Assembly: GCA_035193785.1 (NCBI GenBank) | Contig: CP136572.1 | Coordinates: 2,740,578 to 2,804,577, forward strand | Length of the DNA stretch: 64,000 nt | Origin: Planktothrix sp. GU0601_MAG3 | GTDB taxonomy: Bacteria; Cyanobacteriota; Cyanobacteriia; Cyanobacteriales; Microcoleaceae | Direction: 5' to 3' | Shown here: positions 35,575 to 52,391 of the stretch, piece after piece | Layout of the letters: each line of letters opens with the position of its first letter | Numbering within the stretch: position 1 is the stretch's first letter | Program-made: the position numbers and the translations under genes | Notes under the pieces: model-generated | Told to the model about the DNA's origin: nothing | Database searches by the model: none | The model's input: only the letters and a program-made list of their open reading frames with translations

Positions 35575-36508
35575 ATGACACATCGCCCGATTATTTTAGG
35601 AATTGTTGGAGACAGTGCCGCCGGAAAAACAACCTTGACACGAGGAATTGCTCAAGTCTTGGGTGAAGAAAATGTAACGGTAATTTGTACTGACGACTAT
35701 CATCGTTATGATCGTAAACAACGTGCCGAAATGGATATAACTGCCTTAAATCCAGATTGTAATTATCTGGATATTATGCAGCAACATCTAACTTTATTAA
35801 GAACGGGACAACCGATTCTAAAACCGATTTATAATCATCATCATGGAACTTTTGATGCTCCTGAATATATTCAACCAAATCGGTTTGTAATCGTGGAAGG
35901 TTTACTAGGTTATTCTACTCGTGGAATTCGGGATAATTATGATGTGAAAGTGTATTTAGCTCCGCCTGAATCCCTACGATCTGAATGGAAAATTAAACGA
36001 GATACCATGAAACGGGGCTATAAGGAAGAAGATGTAATTCTGGCTTTAAAACAACGGGAAACCGGATTCAGAAGCATTTATTCGTCCTCAAAGAAAATCA
36101 GCCGATGTCGTTGTTACCTTTTATCCCCCAGATGGTGATGAAAATGGAATTAATTTAAACGTGCGTTTAGTTTTGCGTCCGACCATTCCCCACCCAAATT
36201 TTAGTGAAATTTTAGATCAACAAAATGGTCATCATATTGAGGCGGTGCGTCTGGGACTAGATCGAGATATGGGTAAACCAGTAGATGTCCTAGAAATTGA
36301 TAGTCACGCTACCTTAGAGCAAGTTAACACATTGGAAATGATGCTTTGTAATGAATTACCAAGTTTGAAAAATTTTTGTAGTTCTGGAGGTAATCAAAAT
36401 TTGGGAATTTTAACGGGTACAACTGGAGAAATTATACAGAGTTACCCCCTAGCTTTAACCCAATTATTAATTGCCTATCACATGATTAAAGCAACTAAAT
36501 TAGTTTAG
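35575..36508 (+). CDS. phosphoribulokinase/uridine kinase family protein (apparent frameshift at 36058-36062)
   Basis: GDSAAGKTT Walker A, CTDDYHRYDR, REPDSEAFIRPQ after repair. Confidence 0.85.
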
Positions 36509-36654
36509 TTAAACTGTGATTTTGATGCAAGTCAAATTTCCTTAATAGGGGAAATTATTATTGATTTTATCAAAATATATTGAGTTTGAAATTAGGGGAA
36601 ATAACCCAAAAATCCTTAATCACAATAGGATTATTTCCCTGGGTTTTATCGGTT

Positions 36655-37227
36655 TTATCTACACCCCAAAGAGAAACGAGTTGCCACCCCAGTCGTTGAG
36701 TTGACTCCACTGGCAACTTCACACAATTGTCGAATTTGTTCCCGATCTAGTATGGCATCGCTAAAATCAGCACCCATAATTTTTGTATGACGAAAGGTTG
36801 ATCCTAAAAATAATGCTTCAACTAATACAGCATCACTTAAATCAGCTTCGGTAAAATCGGCTTGATCTAACATTGCATAAGTCAAATTTGCTTGTTTTAA
36901 GCTGGCTTTCGTTAGAATCCCTTTACTAAAAATAGCTCCTTCTAAATCTGAATGATCAAATTTAGCTAACTCCATATTGGAATTAGCGAATTCCGCCGCA
37001 GGTAAGGACTGATTAGAAAAATCTCGTCCCTGTAGCAAACTATGACTAAAAAACAGATGGGCTGGATTGTTTGTCGCCCAGGAGGGAATAGGAAAAGCCA
37101 ATAGCACTGTAGCCACTATTAAAACGATGAATTTCCCAAGTCTGATCATCTGTTTACTGCTCCACTTCACAATCAAATCCTTTATAGTTATATTAGCCTC
37201 TCCAATACCCAATTTTGACATAATCAT
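36655..37227 (-). CDS. secreted pentapeptide repeat protein
   Basis: Signal peptide, A(D/N)LxxA repeats, ASGVNSTTGVATRFSLGC end. True start probably downstream. Confidence 0.85.
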   Translation of the reverse strand: MIMSKLGIGEANITIKDLIVKWSSKQMIRLGKFIVLIVATVLLAFPIPSWATNNPAHLFFSHSLLQGRDFSNQSLPAAEFANSNMELAKFDHSDLEGAIFSKGILTKASLKQANLTYAMLDQADFTEADLSDAVLVEALFLGSTFRHTKIMGADFSDAILDREQIRQLCEVASGVNSTTGVATRFSLGCR

Positions 37228-37317
37228 GTAAAATAAATTGTTTATAAGGATATTGTTTTAGCATAACAAGTTCCTAAAAACAACCTAGAGCTTAATTTTT
37301 ATTTTCAGGAAAAATCC

Positions 37318-37677
37318 ATGCTCAATTTTTTTATCACTTGGGTAATCTCGGCAATTTCACTCGGAATAACAGCCTATATTGTTCCTGGTTTTAACATTAG
37401 CAGTTGGCAAGCTGCCGCCGTTGCAGTGGTTGTGATGGCTTTAGTAAATGCCATTGTTAAGCCCATTATTACCATTTTTACTCTGCCTTTAACGATTCTA
37501 ACGTTAGGTTTATTTTTATTAGTCGTCAATGCCATTTCTATTTCTTTAGTGGCTTATTTTACCCCCGGATTTTCAATTTCTAGCTTCTGGGCGGCATTAT
37601 TTGGTTCAATTGTACTTTCTTTGGTTTCCAGTTTCTTTAATCAGATTTTAGACAAATCTAACGATTTATTAGATTAA
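37318..37677 (+). CDS. 4-TM 'phage holin family' (YvlD-like) membrane protein
   Basis: LVNAIVKPI..FTLPLTILTLGLFLLVVNA. Confidence 0.85.
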   Translation: MLNFFITWVISAISLGITAYIVPGFNISSWQAAAVAVVVMALVNAIVKPIITIFTLPLTILTLGLFLLVVNAISISLVAYFTPGFSISSFWAALFGSIVLSLVSSFFNQILDKSNDLLD

Positions 37678-37683
37678 ACCAGA

Positions 37684-38791
37684 TTATAAAAAAACAACTT
37701 TGCTGGAAGGGGAGATGCTGTCGCCATAAATTTCAACTTCATCTAAATGTAAAGCCGTTTTTTCTTGAAGTTGCAATCGAATATAACGGGCAATATTAGA
37801 ATCTAAAGACACAATTAGTGGCTGTCCGTCTACTCCTCCGAAAATATAATTCTCATCATTTTTATAAATCAGTTTCCAATTTTTCTGATCTTGAGAAAGA
37901 TAGATATGGAGAGTTTTTGCCCGTTTCTTGACACCAATCAATACGGTTATACACTCGAATTTCCGTTAGGGCATAATTTTCTTGTAAATCCACTTGCCAC
38001 CAAGGGTTTTCTTCCTCATCTGTATGAAATCCATATTCCCCATCTTTAAACCCATTCACTGCTCCTTGAGAATCATTAGGTTTTGACCAACTTGAAAAAG
38101 AACTTTGTTTAGCTGGTTGATTTAAAGCCAAATTTAACCCAGGAGGTTCGGGAGGTTCAGGATTCTTTTTCGCATAAAAAGCTTCTCCCCAATTTTTATA
38201 ATTAATATAAAGATTTTTGACTCTAAATCCATACAATTTCAAAAAACTGGTAACTTCTTCAAAAGTACATCCTCCTTCATAGATAGGATCTTCACTAATT
38301 TCTGCAAAAACATAGCGGATTTTATATTTGAGTAGATAATGACTCCCCATTAAAACTTTCAATTCTGATCCTTGAGTATCTAATACTAATAAATCAAACT
38401 GCTCCTGGGAAAACTTTTCTTGAATAATGCTATCTAGTGTTCTAGTTTTTAGTTTTACACTATCCACATATTTAATATGAGGATAAAGTTTAGCATGATT
38501 TCCCAAGGGAAACATACTGGAAGATTGTCCCTCATTCGATGCAATATAAAATTCAACTTCCTCGCCATTCACATCAGCACATAAAGCTTCTACCGCGTAA
38601 TGATTAGGAATTTCACCAATATTATCTTTTAATTGTTTAAAAATATGAGGAATGGGTTCAATATAAACGCAAGATTGAGCAGAAGAATTTTGATAAGCCT
38701 CAATTTCTTGACCTGAATTAGCCCCAACATGAATAATCCCTAAAGGCTTAGGAACTCGTAAATAATTAACAATATTTAAGGCTTCTGACAT
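37684..38791 (-). CDS. FkbM-family methyltransferase fused to F5/8 type C (discoidin) domain (apparent frameshift at 37923-37927)
   Basis: IHVGANSGQE, LDTQGSEL; NLALNQPAKQSS, PWWQVDL, ARYIRLQL...LDEVEIYG. Confidence 0.82.
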
Positions 38792-38820
38792 TTACGGTGA
38801 TAGTTCTTATACAAAATCTA

Positions 38821-38960
38821 TAGCAATCCTATTTGAGTTGTGTTCAAAATGCCTGATCAAAAGGGAACAGGGAAAAGGGAACGGGGAACAGGGAACGGGG
38901 GTAATACTTCTGGCTGTTTCATGTCAGTATTGAAATGTTACAACCTATTTAGGATTGCTA
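38821..38960. mobile_element. IS630-type MITE with TA duplication, carrying GGGAACA/GGGAACG heptamers
   Basis: TA|TAGCAATCCTATTTGAGTTGT...ACAACCTATTTAGGATTGCTA|TA; 21-bp imperfect TIRs. Confidence 0.8.
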
Positions 38961-39069
38961 TATCTTATCCTCTGTTAGCAATCTCACCTATGATTTAGGC
39001 TGTGGAAACCAGATTAAATTCGCGCAGAATTCCTTTCCCACCCAGCCTGAACAAATTATATATTTTAAG

Positions 39070-39143
39070 GGCGAACGATGGGACTTGAACCCACGAATGG
39101 AGGAATCACAATCCTCTGCCTTAACCACTTGGCTACGCTCGCC
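39070..39143 (-). tRNA. trnH: tRNA-His(GUG)
   Basis: GGCGAGCGTAGCCAAGTGGTTAAGGCAGAGGATTGTGATTCCTCCATTCGTGGGTTCAAGTCCCATCGTTCGCC; G-1/C73; CCA not encoded. Confidence 0.97.
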
Positions 39144-39238
39144 GTACATTTTTTAATTTAGCACAGGATCAGAAAAATGACTAGGGGGTTGAGCAAAAAA
39201 AATAAAATTTGCTGATCCTAAGCTAACCAAAAGCCAAG

Positions 39239-39832
39239 TCAAGAGGCTTCCTGATCAGAAAAAACCTCCAACAGCGCATAACGAGCGATCGCCAAGCAAG
39301 TTCTAGCTTGTTCAATCTCGGATAACTCAGACCAACTCGTCCCTTCCAGGATAGTTGAATTCGATCTGACTCCATCCGTTTCTCCTCCTCGCATCGCATA
39401 AGCAAAAGGACGAGCTAAAACCTGCAAATCATCTTCTGGCCATTGGGGCAATAGTTCCTGAACACACCCAACCAATTGATCAGCTAGGGACAAACTTTGG
39501 GAAGAAACCTGTTCAGTCATACGGGTGACCACTTGTGCCAAACGATTTAATAACTCATCAGGTATTTTTTCTGCAAAGCGTTTTAATAAAGATGTTTGTA
39601 AATGGGTCGCTGACCACAATTGATTAATTTGGTTCATTAACCGTTGAGATCTTTCCGCTAGTTCCGCTTCAGTAAACACCGCCACAATAGAAGTCCCAGC
39701 CTCCCGCTCTATAAAAAAAGACTCAGCCTCTATTGTATAAGGATTCCAGGGATAGGGTAAATCATAGGGAAATAGGTCATTGAGCAAATCCCATTCCGTT
39801 TGAATTTCTGGGTCGTTAGCATCGTTAATCAT
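39239..39832 (-). CDS. conserved cyanobacterial hypothetical protein
   Basis: 197-aa ORF with YPWNP, LADQLV.CV, DLQVLARPFAYAMR, LSEIEQAR motifs. Confidence 0.7.
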   Translation of the reverse strand: MINDANDPEIQTEWDLLNDLFPYDLPYPWNPYTIEAESFFIEREAGTSIVAVFTEAELAERSQRLMNQINQLWSATHLQTSLLKRFAEKIPDELLNRLAQVVTRMTEQVSSQSLSLADQLVGCVQELLPQWPEDDLQVLARPFAYAMRGGETDGVRSNSTILEGTSWSELSEIEQARTCLAIARYALLEVFSDQEAS

Positions 39833-40180
39833 AACCGTGGCCTTGATTGATCAAAATATCCGTTAGTTTAGCCTCAATTTCGCCACTGAGAAATAGAACA
39901 CCTTCTGCTAAACCTATATATAAGTCCAATATATAAGTCCAACACCGAGCACCTATTCATCCAAGCCTTCGTCTCAAACGGCTTCTGCCTCAGTAATTAA
40001 CGCAAAATCGATATCTGCTTCCCCCAGCTACAGTGATCTCGGTAAAAATTCCGTAAGCCATCAAAAACCCGCAAAAAACCCATTCAGGGATTTACCTTCG
40101 ACTAGCCACCCGGGAAAAGACGCTCAAACACCCAAACAGCAAGGATTGGGCGGGCATAAAAAAAATTTCCCAAAAGGGGG

Positions 40181-40251
40181 TTGACATCTTGAGAAAAGAC
40201 TGATAGATTTATAAAAGTGTCGAAAAACAAAGACACGCCGAACCTAGACAA
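40181..40251 (+). promoter_or_regulatory. rrn promoter and leader boxA
   Basis: TTGACA(40181)-17 bp-TAGATT(40204); GAACCTAGACAA at about 40240. Confidence 0.8.
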
Positions 40252-40402
40252 CTAAAGAGTTTGAAAGCCAAGTTAAAACATAATTTGTCTCGTTATTAAA
40301 GAATTAATTCTTAATCAGGGAGTTTAACACAAACTTTCTGAAAGAGCAAGAAATTCTAAAACTTTGAGAAACAAGTTTTAGAGCCAAAAAAACAGATTCT
40401 TC

Positions 40403-41894
<1,492 letters not shown>

Positions 41895-42223
41895 TTAGGG
41901 AGACCTACTTTTGAGTCGAGTGTTCAATCCAAAACATAACACCCTCAAAAGTCATCCCAAGGTCGTTACGAGCAAAATGAAAAATCGACAGAAGCTTTCA
42001 AACTCCTAAGTCTGGTTCAAAACCGAGGACAATTCAGCACCTAGCTTCCATGAAAAAGAAGCCAGAATGCTGGACAATCAAGTCCAGACAGAACCTTGAA
42101 AATTGCAGAGAAACAAAAACTGGCAGTAGTTCGTAGTTAGAACTCCCAGCCCGGAGGAAGGGAAACCGACCCCAAGGCGAGAGAAAACTAACCACAAACC
42201 AAAAAACAGAAAGAAAGTTAAGT
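41895..42223 (+). other. 16S-23S ITS without tRNA genes
   Basis: About 330 bp with boxB hairpin CAGCAC...TGCTG and boxA GAACCTTGAAAA; no tRNA-Ile/Ala cloverleaf seen. Confidence 0.85.
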
Positions 42224-45110
<2,887 letters not shown>

Positions 45111-45163
45111 CATTTACACTACTCCAGTTTCTCTGCAATCTTCAGTGTTTCTGATTTAATACT

Positions 45164-45201
45164 AAAAGAGCAGTTTATTTATTTAAAAGCTGCTTTTTTT
45201 T
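45164..45201 (+). terminator. rrn terminator immediately after 23S (no 5S gene)
   Basis: AGCAGTTT...AAGCTGC hairpin followed by a T run. Confidence 0.7.
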
Positions 45202-45297
45202 GGTATGTAGATTAATAATGAAAATGATAAAAAACCCCCTTAGCAGATGATCCACTCAGGGGAAATTAAGTTGATACTAATATATTACCTTTGCATT

Positions 45298-46054
45298 TTA
45301 ATTTTTAATTCGACCATCTTCTAAGGTCAAAATACTATCGGCTACATCCATAATTCGAGGGTCATGGGTCACCATTAATACCGTTGCATTTTCTTGTTTG
45401 GCTAAGGTTTTTAACAGATCAATAACAGCCCGACCACTGGCAGAATCCAAGGCAGCGGTGGGTTCATCGGCCATAATTAAGGGGGGTTCCCCGGCTAGAG
45501 CCCGCGCTACGGCTACCCGTTGTTTTTGCCCCCCGGATAAATCCTGGGGTAATAGATTGATTTTATCCTGTAAACCAACTTGTTCTAAGCGGTTTTTTGC
45601 TTCTTCTCTCGCATTTCTTCCCCTAATTCCTTTAAGATGGAGAGCTAATTCCACATTTTCCAAAGCAGTTAATGCGGGAAATAAATTAAATCCTTGGAAA
45701 ATAAACCCAATATTATGTAAACGAAACTCTGCCAACTGAGTCCGAGACAATTTGGTAATTTCTTCGCCCAACAAAAAGACCTGTCCCGCCGTCGGGGTCA
45801 AAAGTCCGGCGATAATTGAAAGTAATGTGGTTTTACCCGATCCACTGGGCCCCATCAACAGTTGAATATCACCCTGTTCGACTTCTAAATTAATATTTTG
45901 CAGGACTTGAAACCCTTTGTCGTCCAGATTGATAAGCCATTTCCACACCGCAAGCTTGAATTCCAATCGGTTTAACTTTGGCATTTGCTGAATAATATTC
46001 AGCCTGATTGGGGGGTATAGCGGACTTTGCCTCGTTCACTTGAGTGCGTATCAT
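45298..46054 (-). CDS. ABC exporter ATP-binding protein, DevA/LolD-like (apparent frameshift at 45909-45913)
   Basis: GPSGSGKTT, LSGGQKQR, ADEPTAALD, VTHD. N-terminus MIRTQ...GVEMAYQSG from ATG 46054 is in another frame. Confidence 0.88.
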
Positions 46055-46274
46055 TGTTAGCAATTAATTATGATGTGGGCTGATAATGGGAATTGACAAA
46101 GCTAATAGACTAAATTACAAGTGCCTATTATCAGTTTACTGAAGAAATCCGGGATTGTCTTAGAAGCAAGACCGAACATTAACTATCCTGTACAGTTTAG
46201 TATTACCATTCTAAACTCAAACGTTCTCAATTGCCCGTGATCTAACTCAACGGAAAAATAAAAGCTCAACCCTA

Positions 46275-47529
46275 TCAAGCTTTAAACACAATCGCCGGGT
46301 CAACTTTGGTGACTTTCTGAATAGCAAAAAACGCCGACCCGGTACACATAACCACCGTTAACCCGAATGCCCCCAAAGCCGATAGAGGAGTAATTAAAAT
46401 CAAAATTCCCTGGGTCGCACCTGCCCAATACGCAACACCAAAACACAGAGCCATGCCTGGAATATAACCCAAAACCGCCATCCAGAGAGCCTGTTCTAAA
46501 ATAATTCCATAAATCACCCAGTCGGACGCTCCCATCGCCTTCAGAGTCCCAAATTCTTTTAAGTGGTCACTGACGGAGGAATAAAGAATTTGTCCGACCA
46601 CGACCATTCCAACTAATACTCCGACCACCGCCCCCAAACTGAGAACAAATCCAACTCCCGTGCGTTTTTGCCAAAAGGTTCGCATGACCATTGACATTTC
46701 TCCCCGGCTTAAAACTTGAATATCATTGGGTAAAGTTTCCCTGAGTTTTTGCTTGAGTTGGGTCAAGTTTTGATCCGGTTTAGCTTTAATTAAAACATAA
46801 GTAATTGGATCAGCTAAATTTAAGGCTCTTGGGAGCGGAGAATTAACGGGTTTTTGAGTAGAAGATTGATCCTCATAACTTTGAGTACATTGTAGATCAT
46901 CATTTTGAAGTTGGCATAGGGTTTGAGTTTTTACGGGGCTATTCAGATAAGCATTAGCATTTTTTAAAGAAGTAAAGATAAAACTATTACTGACAATTGA
47001 TTGGGTTCCCTGGGTAATTCCTCCTAATTTAGCTTCTAATCCTCCGAGTTTAGCAATATCACCAATATTTTTAATTTTCAGAGCATTTAATTTGCTCTCA
47101 TCAACCATAATTGTATAGGGATTTTTTAAAGCCTTAGCATCTCCTTGAATAATATTCCAAGGAGAAAATAATTCTCCATCGGGGTCGGAAACCTACTACT
47201 GTAACGGCATGAATTTTATTCTCTAAGGGATCACGCCAACGGGCATTTCTAAAAATAAAGGCTTCTGCTCGTTCAACGCCATCAACAGCCTGAGCTTGGG
47301 TCATCCGTTCTAAAGAAATTGGCATGGTTAACTCTAAGTGAATCATATCCTTAGAAGCGACCCAAAAATCTGCTTTTGAGTGATCAATTAGGATGGAAGA
47401 AGAACGAATAAACCCGGTTAAAATCCCATTTTGAATCGTCACCAAACTAACAGCAAACATAATCCCAGCTTGAGCGACCAAAAAACGGGGAATATCTTCA
47501 AATAGGTTTTTTCGAGCAAGGGAAGCCAT
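46275..47529 (-). CDS. ABC exporter permease, DevC/FtsX-like (apparent frameshift at 47188-47192)
   Basis: MASLARKNLFEDIPRFLVAQAGIMFAV; LYSSVSDHLKEFGTLKAMG; DPAIVFKA. Confidence 0.88.
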
Positions 47530-47965
47530 AGGTTAGAGGGCGGGGGCAGGGCTATTTCAAAGTCAGGTAAAAGGAGTAAATTGCCTAGTGACAAAATCGA
47601 AAATTATGCTGACAGGCAGTGGCTAGACTCCCGCTAATTTTCTGAAAAAATTGAATATTAATTAATCTAATGGAAAAACTAAAAAAAGTCAAGAATTATC
47701 GAACTGTCGGAGGTTTTCCTCTAAAACTATCTCAATTTTATCACGAATTTTAGGGATTTATTTCTGAAAACTAGGGAATCAATTTGAGCCATAATTCAGT
47801 TAAATGAAACGGCCCCGCCTTTAGCCTCTGCCCTCCCTCCCTTCCTTGATCCCCTTGCTGTTTGAGTCTCCCTAATGCTATAACACCCAAGAACCCCCTT
47901 GTGTCCCCCAGGCGTTGAATGGGGTTAGAATCCTAGTTTGCTTCAAGCTGTTTGAGTTAATTGTG

Positions 47966-50199
47966 ATGAGCGAAAACCAACAAGAACAAAGTCAAAGCCA
48001 ATCTTCTAACAAGACTGCTTCAGGGAGTTCACCCCAAATTCCCATTCGTTTCCCTGGTGAGAAAAAGTCGTGCGGAATGGCTCAAAGAACTTTGCACGAG
48101 TTTGGAAACTGGCAATACCCAACCAGCAACGGTCGATGAAACTCCCAGTGCTCCTGAATTAACCGAAACAGCCAGCCAGATTGTTCTTTACCAGCCGTCT
48201 CAAGGGTCACCTTCTCCTCAACCCAAAAAACGCCAACGCTTTGTTCTACCCAAAACCATTCCGGTTAATCTAATTCCCCTGGTTTTGGCCCTGTTGATTT
48301 TAGTTCCAGGGGGGATTGGGCTTTTAGCGATGAGTCTGTTGTTCCGTTTGCCCGCTTTACCCAATTGTCCTAAAATTTTCTGGCCCATAGCCTCGGCTTC
48401 CCTGCGGTTATATTGTGCAGAATCCGCCGCCAATAAACAAACCGTTCAAGACCTATTGATTGCTATTGATTTAGTCGATAGTCTATCAAAAGATCATCCC
48501 CTACGCCCTGAAATTAATCGCCAAATTGAAAAATGGTCAATGGATATTTTGAATTTGGCAGAGGAGATGTTTCAAGCGGGACAACTTTCAGAAGCCATTA
48601 CCGCCGCCGAAAAAACCCCCGAACATACCCCGGCGGCTGCCCAAGTTTCCAAACGCATTGACCAATGGCGTTCTATTTGGGATGAAGCGGAACAAACCTA
48701 TCAAAAATCTGAAGAATTAATGCGCCAAGAAAAGTTAAATTTGGCGTTTAAAGAAGCAACATTATTATTGAATTTAGGAAATAATTATTGGGCAACTACT
48801 AAATATCAAGAACTAACAGATTTGATTGCCATTACCCGTGAAGATAGCCAAAAATTGGCTAAAGCTAGAAGTTTGATCGCCCAAAGTAGTTTAGAGAGTT
48901 GGATAGAGGCGGCCGGGTTAATTGAAAAACTTTCTCCAGAGAGTTATTTAAAAGATGCCGGACAAAAAGAAATTACCACTATAGGTAATAAAATTATGAC
49001 TTTAGCCGAAGAAACCCTAAAAAATGGCAATTGGCAAGAGGCGATTAATATTGCCAATAAAATTCCGAGTAGTGCGAATTTACAAGAAAATGTTAAGGAT
49101 TTTACGGTCTTAGCAAAAGCCAATGTTCCAGCTTTATTAGATACGGTGGTGGGCTTGAAAAATGCGATCGCCCAAGCTCAAAAAATCGGTCAGGATCGGC
49201 CCCTGTATCAAAAAGCCCAATCCTATATCCGCAATTGGCAAGAATCAATTGCTGATGTTGCTACCCTAGAACGGGCGCGACAATTGGCTCAACCCGGGGG
49301 CGTGGGTGACCTGCGGGCGGCCATTGCCCAAGTCCAAACCATCCCCGCCTCGAACCCTAGGGGCACCGAAGCCAAAACCGAAATGGTCGCTTGGATAAGG
49401 CGGATCGAGGAAATTGAAGATAGACCCCTCTTAGACACGGCGGAACAATTGGCCAGTTTTGGCGATGCCGATTCCCTGAAACAAGCGATCGCTCAAGCCC
49501 AAAAAATTGGTCGTGGACGGACATTATATGAAAATGCTCAAGATCAGATCGCCCAATGGACGGATCGCAGTCAACGCTTGGAATATCAACCCATCCTAGA
49601 TCGGGCCGAACAGTTAGCATCCGAAGGTAGTTATGCCGAGGCGATCGCCCAAGCCCAACAAATTAGTTCCGGTATAGTCCTATATAACACAGCTAAAACC
49701 AAAATTAGCCAATGGAATAGTCAACTCCGGGATGCGGACAATCTCCGCAATTCGGAAGTTCTGGCCTCCCCCGGCACTCCAGACTCCTACGCTGCGGCGA
49801 TCAAAATGGCGAATCGAGTCTCTAATTCCAGTAAATTAAGAGGTCGGGTTGAGCAACTAATTGATCAGTGGGGTCAAAATCTATTGCAACTGGGTTTAGA
49901 TCAATCTACCTATGATCTTCCCGGTGCCATTAGCATCTTAAAGAAAATTCCCCCTCAAAGCACTGCCTATTCCCAAGCTCAGGCCCAAATTCAAGATTGG
50001 CAACAATGGTTAAATCCCCCCGCCCCGCCCCCGGAATATCAACCCCCCGTGGACACTTACGAAACCTCCGGCGGAACAGGCACAGCCCCCCGTCGAACCC
50101 GAGCAACCTTCCCCAGAGTCGGCCCCCACCCCAGAAGCAGCAGATCAAACTCCGATGGAGTTAAATCAACCCCTCACCACTCCATCAACAGGCATATAA
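47966..50199 (+). CDS. membrane-anchored alpha-helical repeat protein, cyanobacterial family often mislabelled 'chromosome segregation ATPase' (apparent frameshifts at 48048-48052 and 50061-50065)
   Basis: TM then LPALPNCPKIFWPIASASLRLYCA and AIAQA repeats. Repaired end is Pro/Glu-rich, stop at 50199. No Walker A seen. Confidence 0.75.
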
Positions 50200-50210
50200 A
50201 TCAGTCATCA

Positions 50211-50398
50211 GTAGAGACGTGCCATGGCGCGTCTCTACCAGTCATCAGTTTATTACCTATTCGTAATTCGTAATTCGTAATTCGTAATTCGTAATTCGTA
50301 ATTCGTAATTCGTAATTACCCATTACCCATTACCCATTACCCATTACCCATTACCCATTACCCATTACCCATTACCCATTACCCATTACCCATTACCT
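50211..50398. repeat. REP-like palindrome GTAGAGACGTGCCATGGCGCGTCTCTAC plus STRR arrays (TCGTAAT)n and (TACCCAT)n
   Basis: Directly visible between convergent genes. Confidence 0.88.
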
Positions 50399-52244
50399 AT
50401 TCCTGTATTGTTAACATTTGCAAGTTATATAAACTCGCATATAATCCATTTTCTGCTAGGAGTTCGTCGTGACTTCCCGACTCAATCAATTGCCCCCGTT
50501 TTAATACTAAAATTCGATCCACATTTCTAATCGTTGAAAGGCGGTGAGCAATAATAATAGCGGTACGTTCTTTTAACAAACGTTCTAAGGCTTCTTGAAT
50601 TAAAACCTCCGTTCCCACATCTAAATTAGCCGTCGCTTCATCTAAAACTAAAATTTGAGGGTTGCGAATTGCTGCCCGGGCAAAGGCTAAGAGTTGTTTT
50701 TGACCACTGGATAAATTCGTTCCCCGTTCTCGAAGTTCGGTATTATATCCCTGGGGTAACTGTTCAATAAAACGATTCACATTGGTTTTTTCCGCCGCCT
50801 GTTGAATTTCTGCCAAACTATAGGATTCTCCCAGGGTAATATTACTTTTGACATCTCCAGCGAATAAAAAACCATCCTGTAAAATCACCCCAATATGACG
50901 TCTAAGTTCGGTTTGGCGTAACTCTCGAATATCAATGCCATCAACTAAAATTCGTCCTTGGGTTGGTTCATATAATCGACACAAAAGCCGAATAATCGTA
51001 CTTTTTCCCGCGCCCGTTGGCCCGACTAAGGCAACTTTTTCCCCGGGACGAATGGTTAAATTGAGGTTTTTGATCACATAGTCATCTTCTTTATAGGCAA
51101 ACCAAACATTTTCAAACCTAATTTCTCCCATTTGCACCCAATTTTGATCATCAGAATCTAGGGTAGAAAGATGGGCAGTAATTTGATCAAGATCCTGAAT
51201 TTCTATCGGTTCATTTAGAATATTATTAATCCGTTCAATTGCAGTTAACCCCGCTTGAATGGCGGTGAATTTTTCGGCAAATTGTCGTAGGGGATCAAAT
51301 AATCTTTGGGCATATAAAATAAAAGCCGATAACGTCCCAAAACTCAATTCATTTTCCACAACTTGTCGGCCACCAAACCACAAAACAACGCCAATGGCAA
51401 TTAAGGCAATCCATTCCAAGGTTGCGGATACCGCAGAATCATAAAAAATAGTTTGATCAACGGCTTTAATATATCGAAGATTAGTAGCTCTAAATAATTC
51501 AGAATTAAATCTTTCCCGACGGAATAATTGTACAACCCCAATTCCCACCATATTTTCTTGAAATTGGGAATTAAGATTAGAAAGTTCGTCTCTTGATTTA
51601 TAGTTTGCCTTGCGGTATTGTTGTTGAAAATAAACAATTACAGCCGTTACTGGAACCATCATCAGCACTAAAATTAATGCTAATTTCCATTGCATCATAA
51701 ACATCAAAATGGCAATGACAAAAATGGAAAATAAATCATTAATAATCCCAATTGCACCCGTAGAAAATACGTCTCCCAGGGCATCAACATCACTGGTTAA
51801 ACGGGTAATTAATCGTCCCACGGGAGTGCGATCAAAAAATTTCACCGCTAAAGAGGTGACATGATCAAATAAATCATTCCGAATATCCGTTGTGATTTGT
51901 TGACCTATTTTTTGCACCCAATATCCTTGGATTGATTGTAATAAAAATCTAACTAAAATAGTAATTAGAAGGACAATAGCCAAAACGTTCAATCCGTCCG
52001 ATAGAGACATTTCTCTGAGGAAGGGATGGGTTGTCGGTTCTTGACGGATGAGAGAAATCGCTTGTCCAATTAAAATGGGTTGAACTGCACCGGAAACCGA
52101 GAGGGGAACTAATAAAATCAAGCACAAAATTAATAGCCGTCTATTCCGTTTTGCATACTCAGCAACCCGTAGAAGTAAGCGCCAATCTGTTTCACGGGGG
52201 TTCTGTTCTTGAGGGGTATTATTAGGAGAAATTAGGGTGGTCAT
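50397..52244 (-). CDS. ABC transporter, fused permease/ATP-binding (MdlB-like)
   Basis: TM domain, GPTGAGKST, LSSGQKQ, LDEATAN, IAHRLSTI. Confidence 0.93.
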   Translation of the reverse strand: MTTLISPNNTPQEQNPRETDWRLLLRVAEYAKRNRRLLILCLILLVPLSVSGAVQPILIGQAISLIRQEPTTHPFLREMSLSDGLNVLAIVLLITILVRFLLQSIQGYWVQKIGQQITTDIRNDLFDHVTSLAVKFFDRTPVGRLITRLTSDVDALGDVFSTGAIGIINDLFSIFVIAILMFMMQWKLALILVLMMVPVTAVIVYFQQQYRKANYKSRDELSNLNSQFQENMVGIGVVQLFRRERFNSELFRATNLRYIKAVDQTIFYDSAVSATLEWIALIAIGVVLWFGGRQVVENELSFGTLSAFILYAQRLFDPLRQFAEKFTAIQAGLTAIERINNILNEPIEIQDLDQITAHLSTLDSDDQNWVQMGEIRFENVWFAYKEDDYVIKNLNLTIRPGEKVALVGPTGAGKSTIIRLLCRLYEPTQGRILVDGIDIRELRQTELRRHIGVILQDGFLFAGDVKSNITLGESYSLAEIQQAAEKTNVNRFIEQLPQGYNTELRERGTNLSSGQKQLLAFARAAIRNPQILVLDEATANLDVGTEVLIQEALERLLKERTAIIIAHRLSTIRNVDRILVLKRGQLIESGSHDELLAENGLYASLYNLQMLTIQE

Positions 52245-52391
52245 TCTAACTTAAAATTTAAGTGATTTTCACTTTACAAAAGTTTAACACGCCTGATGGT
52301 CAAACTGCCGTTGCGATCGCGTAGCGGCTACCTTGCAGCATCACACCGTCTATGAAAAATCTGTATCCAGAATATCCAAATCTAAATAACT

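Noticed and set aside
37318..37677. Prophage suggested by the 'phage holin family' protein
   Set aside because: This family is commonly chromosomal, and no endolysin, integrase or structural genes are nearby.
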